IMG/VR virus record: IMGVR_UViG_3300027973_000044
Span: 17,924 to 81,923 of that record
DNA: 64,000 nucleotides
Direction: 5' to 3' (one strand)
From: a virus
Shown piece after piece: positions 21,901 to 32,501 of the stretch. A model generated the notes under the pieces. The model was not told the origin of the DNA. It saw only the letters and a list, made by a program, of their open reading frames with translations, and did not search any database. The stretch's first letter is position 1. Each line of letters starts with the position of its first letter. The position numbers were made by a program, and so were the translations under genes.

Positions 21901-23776
21901 AGCTCGAGGTCTTCCCTGGGAACCGCGGGTAATACCGCCCTTCTCTAAGTTAGCACTAGAATTCTCTTTATTATCTGGGGAAACTGTTTACTTTGTAGAT
22001 AGCTTCACGAACGATACAACTGCAACAGTAACTTTGTGTTCTCCTGTGGGTCGAGATTACCCTGCAGGTCAAACAGTTTATTTTTACAACTGGCTAGAGC
22101 GAATTGAAAATATTAATTATCAAATTCTTATTGGTACACTTTCTGCTATGGTCAAAAGACCAGTGTATCCAGATCCAAGTGTTCTTGAGATTAATCTAAC
22201 AACAAGTATACCTGGGTTTACCGGGTTAATATGTGATGCACCTGAGTCAATCTACAGACCAGTGATCATAACAAAGGCAGGAACCGGAAATGGTATAGTT
22301 TTCTCTGATCCATTCTGTGTGAATTGTGGTGATCTATGCACAGAGAGCTTTGGGTACGGTACAACTTTAACTCTTATCGCTAGCGCAGATTACTTTAGCG
22401 CATTCAATAGATGGGAAGGGGGTACTTGCAATATGCTCAACACAGATTGCATCTTCACTGTAACAACTGCAGAAAGTATTACAGCTTATTTTGACGCTTT
22501 ACCGTTTTATTTTGTAACTGTAACGACCCCAGCAGGTAGAGTGATCTCTCAAGATTTAAAATTTATTATTGATGGCCCTGGTTCAGTAACTAATCCATAT
22601 CTCGTTGGGTCTGTACTCACACTTTCAGCCTTGAAACCTGTTTCTGGTTGGGCCATGTTTGGATATGAGGGGGCAAGTACTTGTGTTGATCAGACAGAGT
22701 TTTGTAGCTTCTCTATAAACTCTGATGTCAATATTGATGTGCTGTACATACGCTATTATGAATACCAAGTAGCCGTAACAACAGTCCCGGTAAATTCCGC
22801 ATACGGCTATCTAGGCGATATTAGTGTCACAACTAATTATCCATGGTTTTATTACATTTGTTCAAGCAGTTGTACATATACATTTACCGGTACAAACACA
22901 CTGGAGTGGGGCAATCAAATCATCACTCTCAGCGGCATGCCTAGACCTGGTTATAAATTAAAATATTGGCGCGGAGCACCTTGTGGAGAAACAGAATTTT
23001 ATACTAGCACATATGTTGATCTGCCAACAAATCTTGTTAACGCGGGTGATCAATGTATTTTTGAAGCTACAGAAAATAGAAGCATTACAGGGGTCTTTGA
23101 TATTGGGTACTATAGTCTTAACATTACTATTTCAGGCTTTGGAATTGGTAGAGTCTTCACAAGCGACGAAGGCATAAATTATTTGAATGAAGACGGTAGC
23201 TTTACTAAATCATATGCCGTCTTGAGCGGCACAACATTTACATTATATGCAAGTGCGTTCGCTGGGAGCAGTATGTTGGGTCTATCAAGCAGGTACTGTT
23301 CTCCTGTATTCGGTGTATCCACATGCAACATCACAATGGATAGGGATGTGGATGTTATTGTTGAAATGTTTGCAAGCAACTTCTATACTTTGACTATGAA
23401 TCTATGCACATGCGGCGTAAGTGTTACTTCGTTCCCAACAAGCCTTGGTGGTTCGTTGAGCTGTCCTTCCATATGCACAGCCACTTACCCAGCTGGTAGA
23501 ATAGTAAACCTGGATCAATTTAATGAAACAGAATCGTGTAATATACGTGCATTTACGGGTGACGGTGTGTACTATCAATATACGCCTGGGGTTGGCGTCA
23601 CTATTGCTGGAGCAGGTGCAACATTTAACAGTGGTGATGTGTTTGGATTAATTGATAGCACAGTGATCTTGAGCCCTGAAGGCGCACCATATACAACAGG
23701 TGCCGGTATTATAATAACACCGGATGCCTTTGTCTCCATGACAGAAAATAGGAGTGTAACCGCGGTACTGGTTTAA
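18992..23776 (+). CDS. Very large virion structural protein with C-terminal Cys-rich InlB-B-like repeats
   Basis: GTG start overlapping the upstream TGA; repeats such as GTGNGIVFSDP..NCGDLCTESFGYGTTLTL..FNRWEGGTC. Confidence 0.65.
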   Translation: MSNLYTFQNSIIEGSLTPLDTYAPVSFLTWFNQKNYTTVDLDALFLQYKQYIIEWGRTKKVNAAKVNETIRDSYIQVLRELIIDYSTEEEKRFITNADLSDPSDLDIVLPFFINKIKQVCLYYANTRENLKTAQIQHNLRGSNYGIENLVKQLIFDAAQTNQVLFAQTTCNFPPISAIARQLSIYIEELYDLKSDYYNQGTPSPTKSTDIVNLATPNKAYERLYIDFKQAIIDAIRQYPFYITSLGINNFTVNPYLSGTELNYLKNRDFITYLSGGTEDLKLNLYKRLAPKYLGNDFYYLSTGSTRTDFVSGLLFSIKPLTGAPTLNLLNRQTPSVASVPSLENLYTEYEIGRFFLPQHQGLLIHNTPQKKYAIDVAQLQSNTVYAFPDPDIVGNTSYNNTQDNFLAPIAYTVDVSWNKRSRSNQFAFGDVLSTSYNQLYYGYESREQDLQLDVSGLSRTYDNVQFWEGARQEQWANPDIWPGLSRQEALPLADRQAALLVNDYTPVYWGSDIYNNEYGLLKKVSALKAASATTDSNGIMPNRNTTLATGDAVTDQSIAAKKVLIPGKLYFRNSITNTVSPASAALSAVFFKYPAVVKQEINESLYYFNMYYDTFVLETKNYVVVDTIIFDYDTQQITINSNPGTFFEKSLLNPKLEKFAGEWYSEYDKSLYLCFLTLGNRLSSSNYKLLYPKIYRTPLTNIKLSVVYPDPRNDITDMYSISAGFIEPPQIDLYEIDGVSFSRLEKNNLFNLTYLAKNTNSMPFFVNEQIQKNDPYYSSYEPEIFKPFYFIYDNNYSNPTLPFMVKYNASSTGTMGAHLPGEKILDVGQENIYNTTYLYCDGVKPLQINNIGRYIIQFDWESYSETSIFLGCNYYKVRNIGNDLIWNADTNDAQLLDTYNIDYFGSYREEIRSTTQIFSTFAFGTSGLDTTLYVNSGYLTAPFLSGQRTFTMDLKWSPSLTAAHTPDSYIARGLPWEPRVIPPFSKLALEFSLLSGETVYFVDSFTNDTTATVTLCSPVGRDYPAGQTVYFYNWLERIENINYQILIGTLSAMVKRPVYPDPSVLEINLTTSIPGFTGLICDAPESIYRPVIITKAGTGNGIVFSDPFCVNCGDLCTESFGYGTTLTLIASADYFSAFNRWEGGTCNMLNTDCIFTVTTAESITAYFDALPFYFVTVTTPAGRVISQDLKFIIDGPGSVTNPYLVGSVLTLSALKPVSGWAMFGYEGASTCVDQTEFCSFSINSDVNIDVLYIRYYEYQVAVTTVPVNSAYGYLGDISVTTNYPWFYYICSSSCTYTFTGTNTLEWGNQIITLSGMPRPGYKLKYWRGAPCGETEFYTSTYVDLPTNLVNAGDQCIFEATENRSITGVFDIGYYSLNITISGFGIGRVFTSDEGINYLNEDGSFTKSYAVLSGTTFTLYASAFAGSSMLGLSSRYCSPVFGVSTCNITMDRDVDVIVEMFASNFYTLTMNLCTCGVSVTSFPTSLGGSLSCPSICTATYPAGRIVNLDQFNETESCNIRAFTGDGVYYQYTPGVGVTIAGAGATFNSGDVFGLIDSTVILSPEGAPYTTGAGIIITPDAFVSMTENRSVTAVLV

Positions 23777-23786
23777 ATAATTACAG

Positions 23787-25736
23787 ATGAACCAACCTTT
23801 TGACGATAAAAATATTGCGATCTGGAACGACCAGCCATTAGATCTTTGGAGTGATATTGTTGTTAGTTTTGACTATTCTCGATACGCACTCAACTTCACA
23901 CCAACAGGTGGTTTTGCTGTAGTTTTTTTTGATAGTATCGTTAATAGTCCGCGCAGAGGGGGACGGGATTATAGCTTAGGTTACATATCCAATGATACTC
24001 GTGATTACTGCTTGCAAGATGGTTACACCGGCTTGGGTGCAGCATTTGTAGGTGTGGGGTTTGATCCATATGGTTATTTTGCACTTAATACATATGCACC
24101 AGGCATACCTCTTTCTGCGTTTACAGAATCACCTTCGATCATGGTTCGCAGTGGAGCATCAGAACAATATACCCTCTTGAGCAGATTAACGCTAACAAAT
24201 TTTCTTTCTACAATGCCAGCTGTATCAGGTTTTACTATAGATCAAAATGTATCAGCTTCAAGCATGGCTGAATATAGATCTGTTCGTGTTATTTTGAGCA
24301 AAGCAGGCACAGAGCTAAAGGTTCAAATTAAGCAGAGCTCAACTGATGATGAGTATGCAACAGTAATGATTCAATCGCTACCTAAAAAACGAAGAACAGC
24401 ATTAAAGGTTGCACTCACCAATACAACACAAGAGGGATTGACACAATTTAAAATAAGAAACTTTAATGTGGCTGGTTATCCAGGGTTTCCTGGTACTCAG
24501 AGAATTGCCGGTTGTGAGCAGCGCATCACACAAAATGAACCTGGCAATACAGGGAGTGTTTTATGTGTTGGTAGTGAATACATATCCAATGTATTACCCG
24601 GGAGAGTTGTTACATATGCAACAGACACAACTCAATTTACCTTGAGAAATAACTTGTATTACGGTACAGGTATAACGTTGTTTGGTCAAGATGCAGATAC
24701 AATTATTGGCAAATATAACGGTTCATCCACAGTTGCTGTGTTTGACTACCTTGGTGAAAAAATATTTCGTACTGCAAGTATTGTGACACCAGATAATGCA
24801 GAAGCCACAGCTGCAGATATTGATGGTGATACTCTGGCCATCTGCACAGGTACTCTCTCCGGTAGTGTTTACATTTACACGTACAATAGAGATATAACCA
24901 ACCCTTCAACGTTAGGAACGTGGCAACTATATCAAACAATAACATCAACTCAAGTCTCGAGTGGTGCAGGCATGGGTAATTTTGCTCAGGTTTATGGCGA
25001 TAACATGCTTATTAGTAATAGTAATGAGACTGTGCATGCGTTTAGAAAAAATATCAATCAAAGATGGGACTTTATTCAAACAATTGTATCTCCCATAACA
25101 AGTGTGACGAATTTTGGAGCCACAGTAGCTGTAGACATTGATGATATGATTATTGGTGCACCTGTTTCACAGAAATTTCAATATCCTGAACCAGCACAAG
25201 GTGAAGCATATCACTATGTATTTGATGGTGCTCTCAATCGATGGAGACTAGCAATGGCAATTGGTAGTTTTTATAATTTAAATACACCCAACGGTAATTT
25301 TGGCAATTCTGTGGCTCTGCAAAATAATTACGCCCTCATTGGCTGCCCAGGTGAAGAATACAGATACACACCTGAATCTGCACCAATTGTTAATGTCGGG
25401 AGGGTTTATGTATTTCAAAAAACTACTGGCGGGGTTTTCTCACAGGCTACTGTGATAGCACCAGCGTCTGGTACTATTGAACCGTACATGAATTTTGGTA
25501 ATAAAGTGGGCCTATTCAACAATATTGCCGCAATATTATCACCATTTACTCTAGCATATGCAAAGTCATATATTTCGATATATAATTTGGATTGCTCTTT
25601 CCCACTACCACCAGAAAATATTCCAATACCTGCGTGTGCTCTTCAGCTTATAGATTATAGCGGCTTTGTTCTTGATACTATCTCCAACACATATATGTTA
25701 TCTTATACATGTCAACTAGTAGGACCATTGCCATGA
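23787..25736 (+). CDS. L-type lectin-like domain plus FG-GAP propeller virion protein
   Basis: GGFAVVFFD..SLGY..VGVGFD (legume lectin-like); NFGATVAVD..IGAP, FGNSVAL..IGCPGE and GRVYVF (FG-GAP). Confidence 0.65.
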   Translation: MNQPFDDKNIAIWNDQPLDLWSDIVVSFDYSRYALNFTPTGGFAVVFFDSIVNSPRRGGRDYSLGYISNDTRDYCLQDGYTGLGAAFVGVGFDPYGYFALNTYAPGIPLSAFTESPSIMVRSGASEQYTLLSRLTLTNFLSTMPAVSGFTIDQNVSASSMAEYRSVRVILSKAGTELKVQIKQSSTDDEYATVMIQSLPKKRRTALKVALTNTTQEGLTQFKIRNFNVAGYPGFPGTQRIAGCEQRITQNEPGNTGSVLCVGSEYISNVLPGRVVTYATDTTQFTLRNNLYYGTGITLFGQDADTIIGKYNGSSTVAVFDYLGEKIFRTASIVTPDNAEATAADIDGDTLAICTGTLSGSVYIYTYNRDITNPSTLGTWQLYQTITSTQVSSGAGMGNFAQVYGDNMLISNSNETVHAFRKNINQRWDFIQTIVSPITSVTNFGATVAVDIDDMIIGAPVSQKFQYPEPAQGEAYHYVFDGALNRWRLAMAIGSFYNLNTPNGNFGNSVALQNNYALIGCPGEEYRYTPESAPIVNVGRVYVFQKTTGGVFSQATVIAPASGTIEPYMNFGNKVGLFNNIAAILSPFTLAYAKSYISIYNLDCSFPLPPENIPIPACALQLIDYSGFVLDTISNTYMLSYTCQLVGPLP

Positions 25737-26689
25737 ATACAAGTCAATTTCTAATTCCATCTAATACTGCAGAATTATCGACATACGATTTCTGCTCGTG
25801 GCTGGATCACCACATCTTCAAAGACACAAGCCTGAGCCCAACAGGTTATGATTTTCTGTACCCATTAACAGCATATGGTGGACCGTTGAGTGCAAATACA
25901 CCCATTGTATATAGTGCATCTGCTGTTGGAGGTCCTCTGTATGAAATCTGTTATCAAGATTTTTGTTACAAGCAAACAATTCTTAATGCTTTTGAGATCT
26001 ACTGTGTAACCACAGTGAACTTCATTTTATCTGCCTTGGATGAATCTGTGGCTAATATTATGAAGATTGTGTACGACTTTAACGATGGAAGCGAGGTCAT
26101 ATACAATGACTACAAGTTCACAAACAATCCTCCAGTGTCACCTAAAGACATAGTTGTGTCACATGTATATTACCCTCAAAACAAAACATTAACCACATAC
26201 AATCCATCTATTAGTGTAGTGTTTAGTGATTGCTGTGTTAATACATATACAGCAACAATTTGCTCTTACCGTTGTGGTATTCTAGATATATACGAAGACA
26301 CTTTTCTTTTGGATGCTGCACAGTCAAAAGATTCGTTTAATATTATATTGACCCTGGAGGATCAGGATCGTCGACAAATATTTGGTAATTTACTTGACCT
26401 AAATGAACCATTACCATTTTTATCTGCTCTGCCTGGTGAGGTGCAGCCTGTGCCTCAAGTTGAAGCTTCAACGGTAGTTAGATCAAACACGGCACGTCGT
26501 CTGCGTCGTAATCCTATTGCTGCGTCTGTCTCACAATATGATTATATTGAAGGAGCAGGCATTGACTTAATACCGGATGCGGCAACTCTCGATACACTTG
26601 AGCCTCTTCAAACATCAAACCTCTCTATACAATTGAGCGGTACCGGTGCCCCGTACGCTGGCGGTACCGGAATAACTATAAGTGCTTAA
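25733..26689 (+). CDS. Virion protein with PKD-like segment
   Basis: ATGA coupling; YDFNDGS..SHVYYP; shares a C-terminal GAPY motif with neighbours. Confidence 0.6.
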   Translation: MNTSQFLIPSNTAELSTYDFCSWLDHHIFKDTSLSPTGYDFLYPLTAYGGPLSANTPIVYSASAVGGPLYEICYQDFCYKQTILNAFEIYCVTTVNFILSALDESVANIMKIVYDFNDGSEVIYNDYKFTNNPPVSPKDIVVSHVYYPQNKTLTTYNPSISVVFSDCCVNTYTATICSYRCGILDIYEDTFLLDAAQSKDSFNIILTLEDQDRRQIFGNLLDLNEPLPFLSALPGEVQPVPQVEASTVVRSNTARRLRRNPIAASVSQYDYIEGAGIDLIPDAATLDTLEPLQTSNLSIQLSGTGAPYAGGTGITISA

Positions 26690-26696
26690 ATAATAT

Positions 26697-29600
26697 ATGT
26701 TCACCAGCTATATAACATCTAAGAATTATATAGGGCTAAGTGCCTCATATGCTTACGATAACCAATTAAATTTTCTTAATAAGAATATTGCCATTGATGG
26801 TGCACTAACCACCAGCTTTTCACCAGCTTTTTCAGGTACTAATGATTTTATCAAGAGTAACTACAGCTTGTTGCATGTGACTAAGCCCATAAGCTTGGTT
26901 GAGATTACTGATTTTAATAGACCATTTCAAGCCAGTAAAAATTATTTTTGTAACATTTTCAATCAAGTCAGCGGCACAGAAGTCTACTTAACTTTTACTA
27001 ATGCTCTGGATGAACAGCTTCTCTTCACAGTAAATTATGATCAAACTATTAACAGTCTAATATCTGGTTTAAATGATTTCTACTATTTTAACTTTGATTT
27101 CACCAAGCCTCAGATCTGCACCATATCTCATCTGTATAACAACAATGAATACTTTCTTACATTCAACCCTGCAACATTAAATCTAAATTTCGTCATTCTT
27201 TCAGCATTTACACCACTCACAGTATATAACAAAGATTTCTTCTATACGTTTAATAAAGAAGATTTAACACTTTCTCTACAGGCAAGAATCGGTGGTCAAG
27301 CTTACCAGGTAGTTCGTGATAATGCAACCAAGCGTTTGGCACTTAGCAGTACTGATGAAATTAGCTTCACAGATACACGAGCCATATTTTATTTAACTGC
27401 TTTCTTTGACCCCAATCTTCCAGAAGTTACTATTGATTGGGGAAGTTATCTGCGCTCCTTCAATCAAAATAATATTACCATTGATAATACTAAGAGCGTA
27501 TTTGATGTTAAGACAAATTTCTTAATATATGGGCAGTACTTTAATCTTGAGAGAAGTGGACTCATTACAAATCTACTACCACTCAAGACGCAACTCAATA
27601 CACAAAATCAGCAAGGCAGAGGCAATGTTTTTCTAAATGAAGAGCCTGTAAACTATAGAAATTATGTTTCTATTTTCGGTGGTCCCCGACAAGAGAAAGG
27701 ATACGAAAAATTACACCTGCAGTATGAGTCATACTCTACCCCTTTTACTTTTAATCAAGGCAAAACGACCTGGTTTCATATGCCTCAAAATATGTATCCT
27801 TATAGTCGTCTCAATATTAAAGATACAAAATTAATTGAGGCTGGCGCCATTGGTGGTGATCATCCATTGAGAAGTGATAAGGTTTTCAAGAAAATAGCTA
27901 ATTATAAAAATACCAGCAATCAAGGTGATAGCAGCGGAGAGCTCACCGGTCAATGGCTATGCAGTTGGCTGTCAGCAGCCCCTGACATATCTGTACGACC
28001 AGTTTGGGTTGACCGGTATTATAATCCAAAACTCAACACACCATTTGAAGCGCTCAGCGCATCCCCGGGCAGTGTAACATATATACCTTCATTTGATTGT
28101 TATGATCTTAGCGTTGGTATCACAGACGTTCCATCCAGCCTAACGTTTGAGCCAGGTGTGTGGTATGCGTATTCTCATATTGGAAAATCAGATGCTGAAC
28201 AAAATATCAAAGCGTTGACTATAAATCAGCAGCAAAAAAATCTTTCTTTTTATGAAAGGGTTAACGGTAGAATGCTTGATCCGTATCTTGATGAAGATAA
28301 TACTGATACATATATTTTTGACGGTACCTCTTATGGTTTGATTGACGCTCGGTTTCTTCAATTCCCGCTAAATAATTTCACCATTAGTTTCTGGGCAAGT
28401 CGAGAGGATTGGACTGTACCCACAGGATATCAGCTTGGTGGTAACTTTACCGATTACGGGTTGGGAATATATAACTATGAATTAGTTACCCCTTTGCTCT
28501 TTTACCCCTATCAAGGCAATATACTTGCATACAATCAAAATCTTGAGTTGGTTGATTATTATGAGGCACCTTTCAATCGAGGAGAACGAATTGAGTTTTT
28601 CTCAAGAAGAGACCCTCTGAACTCTTTCCATATATTCACAGACGACCAGACAATAGCCGAACTCAATTTACAAGAAACTATTATTGACGGGGTCACAGGA
28701 TTGATCACCAGGCCCATCAAAGATGTGACAAACGATGCAACAAATAGCTATTTGTTGCTCGACAATAATACATTGAGTGGTATCAATCTGGTTTCAAATC
28801 TTGCGTTCCCAGTTGTAGCTGACTACAATGTGTCAACAAGAGGAGTTTATCAAACGATACGAAAAACAAACAATAATAAGATTGTACGTGTGGATGGTGT
28901 ACAGACTATAGTTCGTGGGAATAGTATATATTTCTTGAGTGGCGGTGAAATAAAAGTTTGGGGAACTGAAAGTAATACCATAAGCTCATACATAGCTGGT
29001 CCAGTTGAACGCTTCAATATTGACAAGTACAATAATACCTGGACATCAAGCGCAAACAGGATTAACGTATATGGAAAGTTTACTGCCCCTCTTAATACAT
29101 TTACTCTGACTGCAGATTCATCACTCTCTCAATCCAGTCTAACTGCTCTTAATATTACATTTATTGAGAATTTTAATAACGGCACGCTACAGTCGAGTGT
29201 AGTAATTGCTGCAAGTGGGTCTCGAGCAAACAAGCTTGTATTGACTAAATTAAATTACGACGGAGAGATACAGAAGCAGGTTTTAATTAATGCGGATCTA
29301 TCTCTCAGCTTAAATATTGATCCATCCAATCATAATTACAATTATAGCAATGTTTATGATACTGTTAGTGGCAACAACAACTATACTTTCAAAATAAGAT
29401 TATACAATCAATTTAATACTGAAGATATAGAAATTCCAAGGGCAACAGTATATGCCGACGATTTGAATCCAGGTTATCATCATTTCTCAATTGCTGTTAA
29501 TACAGTTAAGGGATACACCAAGCTATATCTTGATGGTGAACTATATGAGACAATTAATTTTACACCAAGCAAATATTCATTTACACCTCTGGTTGTGGAT

Positions 29601-30065
29601 GACATTGTTGTTGGCGCATGTCCGTTTTATAATGGATCGCTATTTGATACTTTCCTGAGTAACAATAACCCCAAGGGTTCATACTTTGCAAAGGACATTC
29701 AATTGCAAAATCTGTATATTCATAATACAGAGTTAAATTATTTTGATATTAATATGCTCTACAAGGAAAAAAATGTACCGCAGGATCTTGTATGGGATGT
29801 ACCATCAGGTAGACGCAATTACATGGAAACAGTTTCCAGATACTTTACCCAACAAGTGCCTGGTGCCAAGAGTACACTTTTCAATGTTTATATAAATGAT
29901 AGTATTCTCAATCAAGAATGCAGAGATTACTTGCAAACTGCAATTACAAAGAAAATAAAAGACATTGTACCGGGTTATAGCAAATTAAACAAGCTGCAGT
30001 GGGTTACAAACTTGCCTGCGCAGAGTGCAGAGTATTTTCAGCCATATTTCCCAGGCAACCCCTAA
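26697..30065 (+). CDS. Large virion protein with split LamG/ConA-like domain
   Basis: FDGTSY..NFTISFW and YHHFSIAV..KLYLDGEL, with propeller-like sequence between them. Confidence 0.6.
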   Translation: MFTSYITSKNYIGLSASYAYDNQLNFLNKNIAIDGALTTSFSPAFSGTNDFIKSNYSLLHVTKPISLVEITDFNRPFQASKNYFCNIFNQVSGTEVYLTFTNALDEQLLFTVNYDQTINSLISGLNDFYYFNFDFTKPQICTISHLYNNNEYFLTFNPATLNLNFVILSAFTPLTVYNKDFFYTFNKEDLTLSLQARIGGQAYQVVRDNATKRLALSSTDEISFTDTRAIFYLTAFFDPNLPEVTIDWGSYLRSFNQNNITIDNTKSVFDVKTNFLIYGQYFNLERSGLITNLLPLKTQLNTQNQQGRGNVFLNEEPVNYRNYVSIFGGPRQEKGYEKLHLQYESYSTPFTFNQGKTTWFHMPQNMYPYSRLNIKDTKLIEAGAIGGDHPLRSDKVFKKIANYKNTSNQGDSSGELTGQWLCSWLSAAPDISVRPVWVDRYYNPKLNTPFEALSASPGSVTYIPSFDCYDLSVGITDVPSSLTFEPGVWYAYSHIGKSDAEQNIKALTINQQQKNLSFYERVNGRMLDPYLDEDNTDTYIFDGTSYGLIDARFLQFPLNNFTISFWASREDWTVPTGYQLGGNFTDYGLGIYNYELVTPLLFYPYQGNILAYNQNLELVDYYEAPFNRGERIEFFSRRDPLNSFHIFTDDQTIAELNLQETIIDGVTGLITRPIKDVTNDATNSYLLLDNNTLSGINLVSNLAFPVVADYNVSTRGVYQTIRKTNNNKIVRVDGVQTIVRGNSIYFLSGGEIKVWGTESNTISSYIAGPVERFNIDKYNNTWTSSANRINVYGKFTAPLNTFTLTADSSLSQSSLTALNITFIENFNNGTLQSSVVIAASGSRANKLVLTKLNYDGEIQKQVLINADLSLSLNIDPSNHNYNYSNVYDTVSGNNNYTFKIRLYNQFNTEDIEIPRATVYADDLNPGYHHFSIAVNTVKGYTKLYLDGELYETINFTPSKYSFTPLVVDDIVVGACPFYNGSLFDTFLSNNNPKGSYFAKDIQLQNLYIHNTELNYFDINMLYKEKNVPQDLVWDVPSGRRNYMETVSRYFTQQVPGAKSTLFNVYINDSILNQECRDYLQTAITKKIKDIVPGYSKLNKLQWVTNLPAQSAEYFQPYFPGNP

Positions 30066-30084
30066 CTAATGCAGGACTCACACC

Positions 30085-31713
30085 ATGAATGCCATAGATA
30101 CAGAATTTCAAAAAATAGATCTAAATTATGATCGCACAGTAACAGATGTGTTTCAACTGCCATATAGCTTGGATACTATATTATTACAACCAAACGAATT
30201 GGCTGTTTCACAATCCTTCAATCTCAAAATACAGAAACTGTATGATAATTTTTTATATCTGTATGGTTTGTGCAATGTGGCTGATTTTAAGATTCCACGC
30301 AGATATGAGGGTTGGGTTGGTTATACCAACCTCGAAAAACAAATTCTTTATCTGTACGACGATAGTACAACGAACGCTGTTGCAGTCTTATCCTCAGTTC
30401 TTTTTGCAAGCAACCAAGCCTTAGCCTTCTATAGCACAGATAGTCGATATGAGCAGAATTTAATATTTACAAATGGTCAGTTTATCTCTCTCAATGGAAT
30501 CAATCAGCGTGATGGTGACTATAGTCCTGTAAACCTAATACAACAAAGCAGTGTTGATCCACTCTCCGGTTCAATTAATTTTTTCAATATAACAGGCATA
30601 GCACAATACAAAGCAGAGCAGCTCTTCATAAGTGATGCAACTTATAATAATCTTTATTCTTATAATCTTGGTGGCGCTGTGAGTGATGATAATATAAGAA
30701 ATAGACAACTGTTTCAATTGAATGTTGTTGGTGGCCGGGGCACTTCTCAAGATAGAATTAAGTTTAACAACATTGGAAAAATTGCTGTTGCTGGTGATGT
30801 GGTGATAGTTGAAGACAAGGGTAACAAGACATTCAAAGTGTACGATAGAAATCTTAACTGGCTCAATTCAACCATAACACCAACGCTGTTCAATGCAATT
30901 TCAACCATCAATGCCATGGTGTATAGTGAGAAAGATAACAGACTGTACATTGCAAGCAACACTGCATTATTTTTACTCGATATATCCACAGATTATAATC
31001 TCACGTCTGCAAAGAGTTACGATTTTAGCAGCATACTAACTGGCAATGAATACTTTGTGGATATTAAATTTGCAAATTATGATAAAGATGTTTTCTATCT
31101 ACTATCAACTAGAAATTTATATAAGAAATGGATAACCAAGCCTGAGAAAAATATTGGCATGTTGAAGAATAGCGTCTTCAATGATGACAATTTCAGATGG
31201 ATAACAACATCACCTGGTGTGTCAGGGGACGATGTCTTGATATATGCTGTTTCGCAAGACTTGACCAGAAGCTACATTGCAGTGTATCGAGACAATTTGA
31301 GTCTTACAACGCTCTTTAAAACAGATAATCCTCTCATAGTGTACTCCAAGCAAGATGTTCTAATAGACCCAGAGGAGTACAATTGTTCATGGGTATACAA
31401 CAAGAGCATCAAGAAGATGCTCTACAACATGAGCTTGCTTGTGAATAATATTGGATATCGTTTCTTTACAGATGAAGATAACACCGGTACGCCAGTGTTC
31501 TTATATCGTGGTTACAATAATTTCTTTAGATATAATGCACCTCTGGATACAAACAAACATTCCAATGTGTTTATTAATGAAAACTTTCAAGCTGAAACAG
31601 TAAACAGGTGCTTCAAACAAATATATGATTATCAACAATTGGTGCTTCAAACTATCATAACCAATGACTCTGTCGTGACAGATTTAACCCCATATAGCAT
31701 CAGTAATGTCTGA
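30085..31713 (+). CDS. Beta-propeller (NHL-like) virion protein
   Basis: LFISDA, VGGRG..KFNN and IVEDKGNKTFKVYDRNLNW. Confidence 0.55.
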   Translation: MNAIDTEFQKIDLNYDRTVTDVFQLPYSLDTILLQPNELAVSQSFNLKIQKLYDNFLYLYGLCNVADFKIPRRYEGWVGYTNLEKQILYLYDDSTTNAVAVLSSVLFASNQALAFYSTDSRYEQNLIFTNGQFISLNGINQRDGDYSPVNLIQQSSVDPLSGSINFFNITGIAQYKAEQLFISDATYNNLYSYNLGGAVSDDNIRNRQLFQLNVVGGRGTSQDRIKFNNIGKIAVAGDVVIVEDKGNKTFKVYDRNLNWLNSTITPTLFNAISTINAMVYSEKDNRLYIASNTALFLLDISTDYNLTSAKSYDFSSILTGNEYFVDIKFANYDKDVFYLLSTRNLYKKWITKPEKNIGMLKNSVFNDDNFRWITTSPGVSGDDVLIYAVSQDLTRSYIAVYRDNLSLTTLFKTDNPLIVYSKQDVLIDPEEYNCSWVYNKSIKKMLYNMSLLVNNIGYRFFTDEDNTGTPVFLYRGYNNFFRYNAPLDTNKHSNVFINENFQAETVNRCFKQIYDYQQLVLQTIITNDSVVTDLTPYSISNV

Positions 31714-31745
31714 CCATATGAATAACTATTATATAGAGACATAAT

Positions 31746-32501
31746 ATGGCTGGAACATACACATTTCATAGCAAATTGCACAGGGCAAGCCACCATACAA
31801 TCTCTGGTACTACTCTACCAGATGCAGGGTTGGATCCTATTGCATCTCAAACACAACCATTTATTGGCGTATTCTTCAATACCATTCCAGATTCATTGGG
31901 ATTCTTGACCATCGACACCAACAGCTATCAATGGTGGACAGCATATGCATCTGTGAGTACTTTGTCAGGTATCTGGGCACCTTCTCTGTCACTTTATAAC
32001 ACTGTTAATACATTGTCTACCAATTGGAATTTAGGTTATGTGGGTTATTCCAACTACTCACAAATCAGTAGTTTGTACGTTTCAGTGTACACCACAGTGA
32101 GCACATTCAGTGCTGATTGGAATGCACCGTTCATAATGTTTACCAATCTAGCGCAAGAGTATACTGCAGCCAAGACATTCTCTGGAACAGATCTCAGGAT
32201 TAACAGTGGCACAAACACAGTAATTTGGGATGTGTCTTCCAATCAAGTGACCTTCATTACACTTTCCAGCAACTTAAACTTTGCAAATCCTCTCAATCAT
32301 AAAAAAGGTGGCAACTATACATTGAATGTAATTCAAAGCGGTGCAGGGGGGTATGATATCAGATTTAGCACTGCATACAGATTTAACGATACAATTGCAT
32401 TGTCTGGTGTAATTAGTACACTGTCTGGCAGCCGTACAATAATTAATTTTATGTCAGACGGAACACTACTGTACGGGGATAGGGTAGTGTTCCGCGGATG
32501 A
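31746..32501 (+). CDS. Short fibre-like protein
   Basis: His-rich N-terminus, S-x-x-W 11-residue repeats, C-terminal GGNYTL.VIQ...SDGTLLYG domain. Confidence 0.6.
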   Translation: MAGTYTFHSKLHRASHHTISGTTLPDAGLDPIASQTQPFIGVFFNTIPDSLGFLTIDTNSYQWWTAYASVSTLSGIWAPSLSLYNTVNTLSTNWNLGYVGYSNYSQISSLYVSVYTTVSTFSADWNAPFIMFTNLAQEYTAAKTFSGTDLRINSGTNTVIWDVSSNQVTFITLSSNLNFANPLNHKKGGNYTLNVIQSGAGGYDIRFSTAYRFNDTIALSGVISTLSGSRTIINFMSDGTLLYGDRVVFRG

